Assembly: GCA_965223845.1 (NCBI GenBank)
Contig: CBDCXR010000004.1
Location: 4,576,001 to 4,640,000 of the forward strand
DNA length: 64,000 nucleotides
Origin: Planctomycetota bacterium
GTDB taxonomy: Bacteria > Planctomycetota > UBA8108 > SXIK01
Reading direction: 5' to 3'
Shown piece by piece: positions 49,552-59,296 of the stretch; the first letter of the stretch is position 1; every line of letters starts with the position of its first letter. The notes under the pieces were generated by a model. It was given only the letters and a program-made list of their open reading frames with translations. It was not told where the DNA came from and did not search any database. The translations under genes and the position numbers were made by a program.

Positions 49552-52344
49552 TCAAATGGGAACCCGGTTCGGGGCTGTCCTGTCCGGGCTCGGAAACCAA
49601 ACCCGCACCACCGTCTTTCCCAGCTCGATGACGGTCACCGGAACGAACGCGAGCGCACCGACCCACCCCCACTCGCCCGCCCGTAGCGTGCTTACCTCAA
49701 ACACCGATTGCGCGACCGGAATCACGATCACACCGACCTGGAGCAGCGTCGAGATCGCGATCGCACCCCAGAGGTGCAGGTTCGAAGTCCACCCGAGCTC
49801 GCCCAGGGTTTCGGTTCGACTGCGACAGCTGACGGCGAAGAGGAGCTGCGAGAACGCGATGACGCAAAACGCCGCGGTTCGCGCGCGCGGTAGATTCGCC
49901 GCGTCGCCGCCGTAGATGATCCCGAAGCCGACCGCCGCCGTCCCTCCGAGGAGAAGACCGTGCGCGAGCATCGCTCGTCCGCGTCGCCCGTCGATCACGG
50001 GGGCCTTCGGCGGTCGAGGTGGCCGGCGCATGACGTCCCTCTCCGGCGGCTCCATCGCGAGCGCGAGCGCCGGGAGACTGTCCGTCACGAGATTGATCCA
50101 GAGGATCTGAATCGCGACGAGCGGGATCGGCCAGCCGATGAGCGTCGCAAGAAACATGAAGGCAACCTCACCCGCATTGCACGCGAGGAGGTAGTGAACG
50201 AACTTCTGAATGTTGTCGAAGATCCCGCGCCCTTCTTCGACCGCGGCGATGATCGAGGCGAAGTTGTCGTCGGTGAGCACCATGTCCGACGCTCCCTTGG
50301 TCACGTCGGTACCGGTGATTCCCATCGCCACGCCGATGTCGGCGCTCCTGACGGCCGGGGCGTCGTTCACGCCATCCCCGGTCATCGCGACCACTTGGCC
50401 GCGGGCGCGCCAGGCGCCCACGACGCGAAGCTTGTGCTCGGGTGAGACTCGGGCGTACACCCCGATCGTTTCGACGGCGTCCTTCAGCTCCTCGTCGGAG
50501 AGACGATCGAGCTCGGCGCCGGTGACGACACGGTCGCCTTCGCGCAAGATTCGCAGCTCGCTCGCAATCGCACGCGCCGTCTGCGGGTGGTCTCCCGTGA
50601 TCATAATCGGGCGGATTCCCGCGGTTCCGCACTCCTCGACCGCGCGCTTCACCTCTTCCCGCGGGGGATCGATCATTCCCGCGAGGCCGACGAACGTGAG
50701 ATCACGCTCCTCGACCTCTCGTACACGCTCGAGAGCGACGTCGCGGAGCGCGAAACCGAGAACGCGAAGCGAGCGCGAAGCCATTTCCGACGCCTCCGCG
50801 AGGATCGCGCGACGCCGCTCGTCGTCGAGTGGCTCGATCCGCCCGCCGCGATGTTCGCTCGTACACCGCGCGACCACGGCTTCGACCGCGCCCTTCGTAT
50901 AGAGAACGGGGCGTCCGGGCTCTTCTTCGACCACGACCGACATCGCGCGACGCTCTGAGTCGAACGGAATCTCGAAGAGAGTCGGACGACGCACTTGCGC
51001 GGCCTCGAGTCGCGCCTTAAGCGCCGCGACGACGAGCGCCCCCTCGGTGGGGTCGCCGATCACCTGCCAGGTCTTTGCCCCCGCGGTCGGATGGACGCTC
51101 GCATTGTTGCAGCGAGCGGCGACCGTGAGGAGGCGCGCGAGGTCACCTGCATCGCCGAGTGTCACTTCCGACTCGCCGGCCTCGTCGCTTCTTGAGCTCG
51201 AGTCCTCCGCGCGTCGAAGGAACTTTCCCGATGGCGCGTAGCCGACTCCCGTCACCGAAAACGCGGAGTCCGGAGTCCGGATCTCCCGGACGGTCATCTC
51301 GTTCTTCGTGAGTGTCCCCGTCTTGTCGGAGCAGATCACCGTCACCGAGCCGAGCGTCTCGACGCTCGGAAGTCGCCGAACGAGCGCGTTTCGTTCGACC
51401 ATGCGGCGGAGTCCTAGAGCGAGGGCGATCGTGACGACCGCCGGCAATCCCTCCGGTACGGCTGCGACCGCGAGGCTCACCGAGAGGAGGAAGACTTCGA
51501 AGATGTCGCCTCCGCGCAGTACCTGGAGCGTAAAGATCACCGCGACAAGTGCGAGACAGACGACGACGAGCACGCGACCCAGCTGACGCAGCCGAATTTG
51601 AAGCGGTGTCGGCTCGGGCTCGTGCCTCCGCAACATCCCGGCGATCCGCCCGAGCTCCGTCTCCATCCCGGTCGCGGTGACGATGGCTCGCGCCTTGCCC
51701 GCCGCCGCCACCGTCCCGAGATAGACCATGTTCACGCGGTCGCCGAGCGCGGTGTCGACGGCGAGCTCGGCGTCGGCAGCCTTCGACTCGGCGACGGACT
51801 CGCCCGTGAGCGAAGCCTCCTGCACGCGAAGATCGTAGGCTTCAACGAGGCGCGCGTCCGCGGGCACCGCGTCGCCCGCTTCGATCTGAATGACGTCCCC
51901 GCCGACGAGGTCGCGCGCCGGCACGGTCTCGAGGATTCCGCCGCGGAACACGTGCGCGAGCGGCGCTGAGAGCTCTCGGAGCGCGCTCAGCGAGCGCTCC
52001 GCGCGCTCTTCTTGAAGAAAACCGAGAATGCCGTTGAGGAGCACGATCGCGAGGATCGCCGCCGTGTCGGCCCAGTCGCCGATCACTCCCGAGATGATGG
52101 CCGCGGCGATGAGGATCCAGACGACGAGATCGGAGAACTGACGGAAGAAACGCCGCCACGTCGGAATCGGCGGTGCTTCCGGAATTTCGTTCGGCCCGTC
52201 GCGCTCGCGACGCTCGATCGCGACCGTGCCAGATAGACCCTCCGCGGGGTCGACACCCGCTGCGCGCGCAACGTCCGTCGCGGGTCGAGTGTAAGCTGCG
52301 TCCTCCTCGGTGCGCGCGCCGATCTTCGGAGCATGCTCCGTCAT
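49552..52344 (-). CDS. Cation-transporting P-type ATPase (P2A, Ca2+-type)
   Basis: [43 protein letters not shown]; true start is ATG 52344, overlapping the antiporter stop (ATGA). Confidence 0.95.
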   Translation of the reverse strand: MTEHAPKIGARTEEDAAYTRPATDVARAAGVDPAEGLSGTVAIERRERDGPNEIPEAPPIPTWRRFFRQFSDLVVWILIAAAIISGVIGDWADTAAILAIVLLNGILGFLQEERAERSLSALRELSAPLAHVFRGGILETVPARDLVGGDVIQIEAGDAVPADARLVEAYDLRVQEASLTGESVAESKAADAELAVDTALGDRVNMVYLGTVAAAGKARAIVTATGMETELGRIAGMLRRHEPEPTPLQIRLRQLGRVLVVVCLALVAVIFTLQVLRGGDIFEVFLLSVSLAVAAVPEGLPAVVTIALALGLRRMVERNALVRRLPSVETLGSVTVICSDKTGTLTKNEMTVREIRTPDSAFSVTGVGYAPSGKFLRRAEDSSSRSDEAGESEVTLGDAGDLARLLTVAARCNNASVHPTAGAKTWQVIGDPTEGALVVAALKARLEAAQVRRPTLFEIPFDSERRAMSVVVEEEPGRPVLYTKGAVEAVVARCTSEHRGGRIEPLDDERRRAILAEASEMASRSLRVLGFALRDVALERVREVEERDLTFVGLAGMIDPPREEVKRAVEECGTAGIRPIMITGDHPQTARAIASELRILREGDRVVTGAELDRLSDEELKDAVETIGVYARVSPEHKLRVVGAWRARGQVVAMTGDGVNDAPAVRSADIGVAMGITGTDVTKGASDMVLTDDNFASIIAAVEEGRGIFDNIQKFVHYLLACNAGEVAFMFLATLIGWPIPLVAIQILWINLVTDSLPALALAMEPPERDVMRRPPRPPKAPVIDGRRGRAMLAHGLLLGGTAAVGFGIIYGGDAANLPRARTAAFCVIAFSQLLFAVSCRSRTETLGELGWTSNLHLWGAIAISTLLQVGVIVIPVAQSVFEVSTLRAGEWGWVGALAFVPVTVIELGKTVVRVWFPSPDRTAPNRVPI

Positions 52345-53348
52345 CGCGGCCCCTCGCCCAGCCAGTAGAGAACGACGAGCGCCGCTACGACCAGTCCGAT
52401 GACGAGAAGCGCGTCCGGCTCGACGAAACGCTTCCGTGCTTCGATGTGGTAGAGCTGCCCGAGAACAGCGACCGCAGTGATGAGAATGGCCGCGAGACAA
52501 GTGACGATCTGCACCGGCGACGCCGCGCCGAGAAGAGGCGCCCCCGACGAGAGCTCGACGACGGCGAGGAGCACGATATTGAACGAGTTGCTTCCGAAGA
52601 TGTTCCCGAGCGCGAGATCGAACGCGCCTAGGCGAACCGCCGTGATCGTCGTCACGAGCTCGGGAAGCGACGTCGCGGCTGCGACGAATGTCGATCCGAC
52701 GAACGTCTCTCCGAGACCGGAAGTCTCGGCGAGTTCCCCGGCAGACGACGCCAGAAACGGTCCGGCGACGAGGATGACTCCGGCCGTCGCGATATACCCG
52801 GCGACGGCCTGCGCGAGCGTGAGGCGCGGCGGAGGAGCCGATGGATCTGGCTCCGTCCGACTCGCATCCGTTCCTTGCTGATCGCAGTAGACCATGCGCA
52901 CTCCAAACGCGTACGCGGCGAGGATCCCGACGCTCCCCGCGCCGATCGGACCGATGTATCCGCGAAGCCCGATCGCGATCGCGCCGGCGGCGATGCTCAT
53001 GAGCGCGATGCTCACGACCCCCGAGAGCGCGTGCGCGGCCGATATCCGCGAGAGAAGACGGCCGCGGGAATGATGCGTGAGGTCGAGCACGCCCAAAATG
53101 AGAAGGTTGAACAGGTTGCTCCCGACGAGGCCGCCGACCGCGACATCGATGAACCCCTGCCGCGCCGCGGCGATATCGACGGACAACTCGGGAAGCGATG
53201 TCGCCCCCGCGAGGAACACGCTTCCTACCCAGAGCCGCCCGAACCCCGTCCGGCGCGCGATTCCGTCGGCGAACCAGGTGAGCGCGGCGCCGCACACGAT
53301 GATGGCGATGGCGAAGAGACCGAACTCGACCAGGACTCCAAGCTGCAC
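52341..53348 (-). CDS. Sodium:calcium antiporter (CaCA/YrbG family)
   Basis: Two alpha repeats: ATSLPEL...GSNLFN and ATSLPEL...GNIFGSNSFN. Confidence 0.92.
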   Translation of the reverse strand: MQLGVLVEFGLFAIAIIVCGAALTWFADGIARRTGFGRLWVGSVFLAGATSLPELSVDIAAARQGFIDVAVGGLVGSNLFNLLILGVLDLTHHSRGRLLSRISAAHALSGVVSIALMSIAAGAIAIGLRGYIGPIGAGSVGILAAYAFGVRMVYCDQQGTDASRTEPDPSAPPPRLTLAQAVAGYIATAGVILVAGPFLASSAGELAETSGLGETFVGSTFVAAATSLPELVTTITAVRLGAFDLALGNIFGSNSFNIVLLAVVELSSGAPLLGAASPVQIVTCLAAILITAVAVLGQLYHIEARKRFVEPDALLVIGLVVAALVVLYWLGEGPR

Positions 53349-53419
53349 CGCGATCGTCCCCTTCCGCGTCGCACCGTCACTTCCCGCGCGAGCATCCGAA
53401 TCACGCGCGGAGGTCGCAG

Positions 53420-53435
53420 CGCACATCCTATTCCA
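53420..53435 (-). promoter_or_regulatory. Probable sigma54 promoter TGGAATAGGATGTGCG
   Basis: GG-N10-GC with the same TGGAA variant, about 72 bp upstream of the antiporter start; weaker -12 element. Confidence 0.5.
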
Positions 53436-53615
53436 CGGACGGCGATTCGGATTACGGCCACGCGAACGAATCCAGGGCGGCGCGGGAACTACCGCACACG
53501 CTATGGAATATTACCCAGCCGCTCGCCGGCCGAACTCGGCCCGAGGACGCCCCATCCAGCGAGGGACGTGCGTCCACGCCACGATAACAACGTTCACCGA
53601 TCTCGTCAGGAACGA

Positions 53616-53631
53616 GGGAACGCCCTTTGCA
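53616..53631 (+). promoter_or_regulatory. sigma54 promoter GGGAACGCCCTTTGCA
   Basis: GG-N10-GC with TTGCA, about 97 bp upstream of hsp20; 13/16 identical to the site at 47375-47390. Confidence 0.7.
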
Positions 53632-53727
53632 GTTACTCTCTGCGACCGGCGCGTCGCCAACGATCGGGGCGGCGCGGAGTGGTCCTGGATGTTTAGAGCG
53701 GCCTTTCAGTGAAGGAGGTCAAAGGCC

Positions 53728-54207
53728 ATGAAACTCACCGATCTGATGCCCTGGCGCAGCCGCGAGCTCGGAGCTCGGCCCGCTAACGGAGAGTCCCTCG
53801 CGTCGTTTCGCCGAGAGATGAACCGACTCTTCGACGATTTCCTCGCCGATCCTTGGGGAACGGAGGCCGGAAAGACCTTCGCTCCGAAGCTCGACATCAC
53901 CGAAACCGAGGGAACGATCGAGGTGAAGGCGGAGATTCCCGGCGTGGATGAGAACGACGTCGAGCTTCTCCTCGACGACGCGTCGCTCACGATCCGCGGC
54001 GAAAAAAAGGAAGAGAAAGAGACCGAAGACGAAGGCTGGCACGTCCGCGAGTCGTCGTACGGAAAGTTCGAGCGCGTCGTGCCGCTCCCGTGCGGCGTCG
54101 ATTCGGGGAAGGCCAAGGCTAGACACAAGAAGGGCGTGTTGACCATCACGCTGCCGAAATCGGAGGACGCGAAGAAGGCCCGAAAGCGCATTCCAGTGAG
54201 CGGTTAG
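53728..54207 (+). CDS. Hsp20/alpha-crystallin small heat shock protein
   Basis: PKLDITET...AEIPGV...LTIRGEK...YGKFERVVPLP...GVLTITLPK...IPV; AGGAGG RBS. Confidence 0.96.
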   Translation: MKLTDLMPWRSRELGARPANGESLASFRREMNRLFDDFLADPWGTEAGKTFAPKLDITETEGTIEVKAEIPGVDENDVELLLDDASLTIRGEKKEEKETEDEGWHVRESSYGKFERVVPLPCGVDSGKAKARHKKGVLTITLPKSEDAKKARKRIPVSG

Positions 54208-54467
54208 TCCATCTATGCAGCGTGGGGACTCGCGGCCGCGGCTCGCACTCGAGCTAGCCGCGACCCTAAGGGTTTGGGCGGGCTGGTCGACGAGGAACGG
54301 GCGAGGCGTTCACGGCGTCCTCGCCCGGTTTTCGTTCTGACGAGTGCGCGGACGCATCACGCGACGAGGCGAATCACTTGGGGCGTCGGATGGACTGGGG
54401 TACGATCGGACGCTCGAGACTTGACGACCGACCGCCGCTGCGCGGCGGTTCTCCGATCTGATCACCA

Positions 54468-56162
54468 TTGAGAGACGCCATCGCCTTGGTTCGATCACGC
54501 AGCCGTTCACGTCGAGAGGAGCTGGGGCTCTCCAAGCTTGCTCTTCTCGTCACCATCGTCGTCGCCCTTTTCGCCGAAACGAGCCTCGCGACCACGGAGC
54601 GAGCGGAGGAATCCCTCACCCTCCGCGGCTCGATCGTCGATGCCGATTCGGGAGCCGCGCTCCCGGCGAGGCTCTACATCCGCTCCGGTGGCGGCAAGCT
54701 CTTCCTCGCCCGTTCGGCGGACGAGAAGAAAGGGTCCGCCGTTCCCTACGAGCGAAGTCGATCGGCAACGAGCATCGAAGTGCACACGGCGCTGTCGGCG
54801 CACGACTTCGTCGCGGATCTCCCTCCGGGGACGTATACCCTCACCGCCGAACGCGGAAAGGAGTACCTCCCCGCGACGGCGACGGTCGTGCTTCCGGCCC
54901 CGAGCGGCGAACGCACGCCGAAGGTCGTCCTTCGCCTCCGCCGCTGGATCGATCTCCGCGCGCTCGGTTGGTACTCGGGCGAGACTCACGTTCACCGCTC
55001 GCTCGACGAGCTTCCGACCGCGATGCTCGCGGACGATCTCAACGTCGCGCTCCCGCTTACCTACTGGGTAACAAAGTCGCACACGCCGCCCAGCGCCGGC
55101 GACAAGAACTCCGGCGCGGCAACGGCCGAGCTCATTCGCGTCGACCGCGAGCACGTGATCTATCCGCTCAACACCGAATACGAGATTTTCACTGTTCGCG
55201 GGCGGCGCCACACGCTCGGCGCCGTGTTCGCGCTTCGCCACCGCACGGTGCTCACCGAGGGAGTCCCTCCCGTTCGCGCTATCGCCGAACGAGTTCACCG
55301 CGAAGGCGGTCTCCTCGAGCTCGACAAGCACAACTGGCCGTGGTCGATGATGCTGATTCCGGTGATGGGCGTAGATCTCTACGAACTGACCAACAACCAC
55401 GTCTGGCGCACGGAGTTCCATTTCAAGGGCTTCGGAGTCGCGGCGGCCGACTATATGAAAGTCGAGCGCGGTCCGCACGACTGGACGGAACGCGGCTGGA
55501 TCGACTTCACGCTAAAGAACTACTACGCGCTCCTCGACTGCGGCTTTCGCCTTCGTCCGACCGCGGGAACGGCTTCGGGTGTCCACCCGGTGCCGCTCGG
55601 CTACGGTCGCGTGTACGTCTACCTTCCCGGCGAGTTCTCCTTCGACGCGTGGATGGACGGACTCGACGCGGGACGCAGCTTCGTCACAACCGGCCCTCTC
55701 CTCGACGTTCAGATCGATCGCGAGCGTCCGGGCGCGACGCTGCGCGGAGTGCGACCGCGCCAGATCACCGGCTGGGCGAAGAGCGCCTCGCCCCTCTCGC
55801 GCATCGAGATCGTGTCGGCGCGCGGCGGCATCCTGAAGGTGACGCCCGCGAATCGAAAGACGACGAACGGCAGCTACGAGTCACGGATCGACCTCGTCGT
55901 GGCTCCGCGCGAATCCACTTGGTACGCCGTCCGCTGCTTCGAGCCGCAGCCCGGCGGGCGCGAGCGATTCGCTCACTCCGCTCCGTTTCACGTCGAGATC
56001 GAAGGAAAGCCGCTCCGTCCGCGCCCGGAGGTCGCCGCGTATCTCGTCGAGCGAGTGCGCGCCGAAATCGAACGGAACAAGAACGTCCTCGACGACGCGG
56101 CCCTCGCGGAGTATCGCTCCGCCCTCGAAGCGTACGAAGCGATCGCTAAGACCGCTCGGTGA
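54468..56162 (+). CDS. CehA/McbA-family PHP-like metallohydrolase (start uncertain)
   Basis: GWYSGETHVHR, LDKHNW, PTAGTASGVH..PLGYGRVY, GRSFVTTGP. Confidence 0.8.
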   Translation: MRDAIALVRSRSRSRREELGLSKLALLVTIVVALFAETSLATTERAEESLTLRGSIVDADSGAALPARLYIRSGGGKLFLARSADEKKGSAVPYERSRSATSIEVHTALSAHDFVADLPPGTYTLTAERGKEYLPATATVVLPAPSGERTPKVVLRLRRWIDLRALGWYSGETHVHRSLDELPTAMLADDLNVALPLTYWVTKSHTPPSAGDKNSGAATAELIRVDREHVIYPLNTEYEIFTVRGRRHTLGAVFALRHRTVLTEGVPPVRAIAERVHREGGLLELDKHNWPWSMMLIPVMGVDLYELTNNHVWRTEFHFKGFGVAAADYMKVERGPHDWTERGWIDFTLKNYYALLDCGFRLRPTAGTASGVHPVPLGYGRVYVYLPGEFSFDAWMDGLDAGRSFVTTGPLLDVQIDRERPGATLRGVRPRQITGWAKSASPLSRIEIVSARGGILKVTPANRKTTNGSYESRIDLVVAPRESTWYAVRCFEPQPGGRERFAHSAPFHVEIEGKPLRPRPEVAAYLVERVRAEIERNKNVLDDAALAEYRSALEAYEAIAKTAR

Positions 56163-56172
56163 GGAAACTGCC

Positions 56173-57801
56173 GTGGCGAACGCGCCGAACCGCGATCTAA
56201 CGGGCCGTCACTCGGCGAACATCTCTCCGGCCATTCTCGCCGTGACGATGTTCATCGCCGCGCGCGTCCCGCTCGTCTCAGTGGCGATTGCCGACGAGGC
56301 GCCCCCAGCGCCCGACTCGCCGCAGGTCGTCCGGCCGCCGGAGTCGTTTTTCGAGCTCGTTCCCGAGCGCGACCGCGAGACCGCGCGTGGGTTCTACGGA
56401 AAATACGTCGACGTCGACGGCATATCCGTCGCCGCCGCACCCGAAGTCGACGACGCCGCGCTCGTTCGAACTCACGAGATCGTGAGCCACATGCTCGCCG
56501 GGCGCCCCGACGTGCGCCGCGCGATGATCGAGCGGCGGACCTACCTCATCATCATCGGAAAGGGCCAGGTCTACACCGAGATGCCGGAGTACCGGCATCG
56601 CTCGAACAAGGAGTACTGGAACGAGCGCGTCCGCGGCACAGGAGGGAACCCGACGAGCTTCGGCGAAGAGAACCTCCTCAGCCTTCCCGTCGATCGCTAC
56701 GACGACGAGAGCATCGCGGTCCACGAGTTCGCGCACACGATCGACGGCGCGCTCCGTGCGCTCGATGCGACGTGGAACGAACGGAAACGCGGGGTCTACG
56801 ACGAAGCGATCGCCAAAGGGCTCTATCGCGGAGCCTACGCCGCGACGAGTCCCGGCGAGTACTGGGCCGAGATCGTCCAGTCGTACTTCGATTCGAACCG
56901 CGTCAACAACTGGAACCACGGGCCGGTCGGAAAGCGCGAAGAGCTCAGGGAATACGACCCGGCGGGATACGAGCTCGTGCGTTCGACGTTTCGCCTGACG
57001 CCCGAGACGGACTGGCGGTACTCGTTTCGTCAGTCGCTCCCGCGAGTGAGCGCGCCGCCGGAGCGATTCGGAATCGACCCCTATTACAAGAAGTTCACCT
57101 GGGCGCGTGAGCTGATCGTTCTCGGTCGGGAGGCGAGCGACGAAGCTCTCCTCGCGGCGAACGATACGATCCGAAAGCTCTTCGCGTACCGTCACGACAT
57201 TCTGAAGGCGCTCATCAACGACGGCGTTCGCGTCGTCATCCTCGGAAGGACGGAGCGCCTCGCCGACCTTCCCGAGCTGCGCGAACGCGCGCCGGGAACC
57301 ATCGATCTCGGTGGCCGCACGCTCGACTACGCACCGGGGGTGCGGCGCGTCGTCATCGGAGAAGAGGCCATCGTTCGCCCCGAATCGGGCGGGTCGCGGA
57401 GCGAAGTGATCCGCGCGCTCGCCGTCGCGTCGTACCGCGTTACGTCAAGCCGGCCCGTAGATCCCAATTGGGACGACCGTCCCCGCCGGCAGCGGCAGCA
57501 GTACGAGCTCAACGTTTCCCGGCTCGATCGAAGATTCGGCGAGCGCGTCGCGCAGCTTCACGCCGCGGCGATGGCGGAGCGGCGTTGGCGGGGAACTCCC
57601 GCCGTTCACCGCCCCGAGACGTACTGGGCCGAAGGCGTCCTCGCTTACTTCGACGCCGTCGGGCGCGCTCTTCCCCCCGAGGGAAGCGAGACGGCGATCG
57701 ACACCCGCGAGAAACTCAGAGACTACGATCGGCCGCTCTACGAGCTCGTCCACGAGACGATGGCTTACGCCGGTCGCGTCGAGTGGCGGTACCGGGGCTG
57801 A
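56173..57801 (+). CDS. Secreted duplicated zincin-like metallopeptidase (first domain HEFAH, second degenerate)
   Basis: HEFAH...EYWAEIVQSYFD...REELREYDP is repeated as IRALA...TYWAEGVLAYFD...REKLRDYDR. Confidence 0.75.
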   Translation: MANAPNRDLTGRHSANISPAILAVTMFIAARVPLVSVAIADEAPPAPDSPQVVRPPESFFELVPERDRETARGFYGKYVDVDGISVAAAPEVDDAALVRTHEIVSHMLAGRPDVRRAMIERRTYLIIIGKGQVYTEMPEYRHRSNKEYWNERVRGTGGNPTSFGEENLLSLPVDRYDDESIAVHEFAHTIDGALRALDATWNERKRGVYDEAIAKGLYRGAYAATSPGEYWAEIVQSYFDSNRVNNWNHGPVGKREELREYDPAGYELVRSTFRLTPETDWRYSFRQSLPRVSAPPERFGIDPYYKKFTWARELIVLGREASDEALLAANDTIRKLFAYRHDILKALINDGVRVVILGRTERLADLPELRERAPGTIDLGGRTLDYAPGVRRVVIGEEAIVRPESGGSRSEVIRALAVASYRVTSSRPVDPNWDDRPRRQRQQYELNVSRLDRRFGERVAQLHAAAMAERRWRGTPAVHRPETYWAEGVLAYFDAVGRALPPEGSETAIDTREKLRDYDRPLYELVHETMAYAGRVEWRYRG

Positions 57802-58006
57802 GCAACTCGACACGAAAGGTCGCTCGAGGCGAGTCGGGTCGACAGATACGGGATCTGTTCGGCGGACGCACCGCGACTTTCCGGAAAGAAACCGGGGAAC
57901 ATTCCTCGGCCCTCTCTCGACGACCCGTCGTTGCCGACCGGCCCCTGTCTGGTACCATCGCACGTATCGTCGAGAACGAATCAAGCTCTCCCCGAGTTCC
58001 GAAGTT

Positions 58007-59296
58007 ATGCGAATTTTCTGCGTCCTCCTCTTGACCCTCGTCGCGGTGAGCGGCGTCGCGCTGTGGGGACCGTTTTCGTCGGCCGAACACCACGCGGACG
58101 TCACCGGCGATTTCGGCGATCCGATCCCGGGCCTCGCGCCATTCGAGCTCGTCTCGTTCCAGCGCGGTCGCGACGTCTTCATGAGACGCTGGCCGCGCGA
58201 CGAAGGTCTCGGCCCTCACTTCAACGCCGTGTCGTGTATGTCGTGTCACGAGGATCCCGCCCCCGGTGGTTCCTCGCAGCGCTACCGCGATTTCTACATC
58301 GCCGTCCAATCGGAATCGCCGGCGAGTAAAGTCTACGGCGATTGCACCGACGAGAACGCGCAAACGCAATCGACCGAGCTCTGCCTGCCGAGCATCGTGA
58401 TGCCGCACTACGGGCCGATCCAGTCCCGCACCGATCCGGTCGCGGCGAGCGTGGCTCACCCGCCGATTCCGTACGACGGCACCATCGCCGCGCTCCGGAA
58501 CGCGCCCCCAATCTTCGGTGTCGGTCTCTTTCGACTGGTCTCCGACGACGAGATCAGTTCGCGAAACGATCCGCTCGACCTCGATGGCGACGGCATCTCC
58601 GGCCGCTTCAATCTCGTGGCGAGCGAAGACTTCGCGATCGGCCGTTTCGGCTACAAGGCACAAACCGCGAGCATCGAGGCCTTCAACCGCGGCGCGCTCC
58701 ACAATCAAATGGGGATCACGAGCGACTCGCTCGAGCTCGCCGCCGCGTTCGAGTCGGATGATCGCGGCCTCCTCGACCGCTTGCTCGGCACGGAGACGGC
58801 GTACGCCCAGGTCGCAACTCCGACCGATCGCATCACCGATCAGGATCCGATTCCCGATCCGGAAATCAGCCGACAGGATCTCTTTGACCTCGTCTCCTTC
58901 CAAGAGAAGCTCGCTGCGCCTCGTCGCGGTCGCATCACTCCGGCCGTGCGGCGCGGAGAGCGCGTCTTCGAAGACATCGGATGCACCGGCTGCCACACTC
59001 CGTCGCTCAGCATTCCGCAGGGACTGATCTTTCCCTACACCGATCTGCTCCTTCACGACATGGGAGAAGAGCTCGCCGACGGAGTCGCGATGGGGGCCGC
59101 GAGCGGAAGCGAGTTCCGTACGCAGCCGCTCTGGGGACTCTGTGCGCACCCGCCGTTTCTCCACGATGGGCGTGCGGACACCGTCGCCGAGGCGATCCTC
59201 GCTCACGGTGGCGAGGGACAGGCCTCGCGCGATCGGTACGCCGATCTCGACGACCGAGATCGCGCCGATCTTCACCGCTTCCTGGAGTCGCTCTGA
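58007..59296 (+). CDS. Di-heme oxidoreductase (DHOR) family protein
   Basis: GLGPHFNAVSCMSCH, PPIFGVGL, DPLDLDGDGISGR, GRFGYKA, CTGCH, TDLLLHDMG, FRTQPLWG, LHDGRA. Confidence 0.92.
   Translation: MRIFCVLLLTLVAVSGVALWGPFSSAEHHADVTGDFGDPIPGLAPFELVSFQRGRDVFMRRWPRDEGLGPHFNAVSCMSCHEDPAPGGSSQRYRDFYIAVQSESPASKVYGDCTDENAQTQSTELCLPSIVMPHYGPIQSRTDPVAASVAHPPIPYDGTIAALRNAPPIFGVGLFRLVSDDEISSRNDPLDLDGDGISGRFNLVASEDFAIGRFGYKAQTASIEAFNRGALHNQMGITSDSLELAAAFESDDRGLLDRLLGTETAYAQVATPTDRITDQDPIPDPEISRQDLFDLVSFQEKLAAPRRGRITPAVRRGERVFEDIGCTGCHTPSLSIPQGLIFPYTDLLLHDMGEELADGVAMGAASGSEFRTQPLWGLCAHPPFLHDGRADTVAEAILAHGGEGQASRDRYADLDDRDRADLHRFLESL

Noticed and set aside
52345-53295. 317-aa N-terminal extension making a 1247-aa P-type ATPase
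   Set aside because: It overlaps the antiporter in another frame and is Arg-rich junk; the real start is ATG 52344 with ATGA coupling.
42737-54207. Locus of heat resistance (LHR/tLST) assignment
   Set aside because: Lacks clpK/clpG, yfdX, kefB, trx and degP; only Hsp20 is shared.
58981-59295. Upstream extension of the second DHOR ORF suggesting overlap or frameshift
   Set aside because: Both DHORs are complete with their own CxxCH pairs; a clean TGATG junction lies at 59294-59298.
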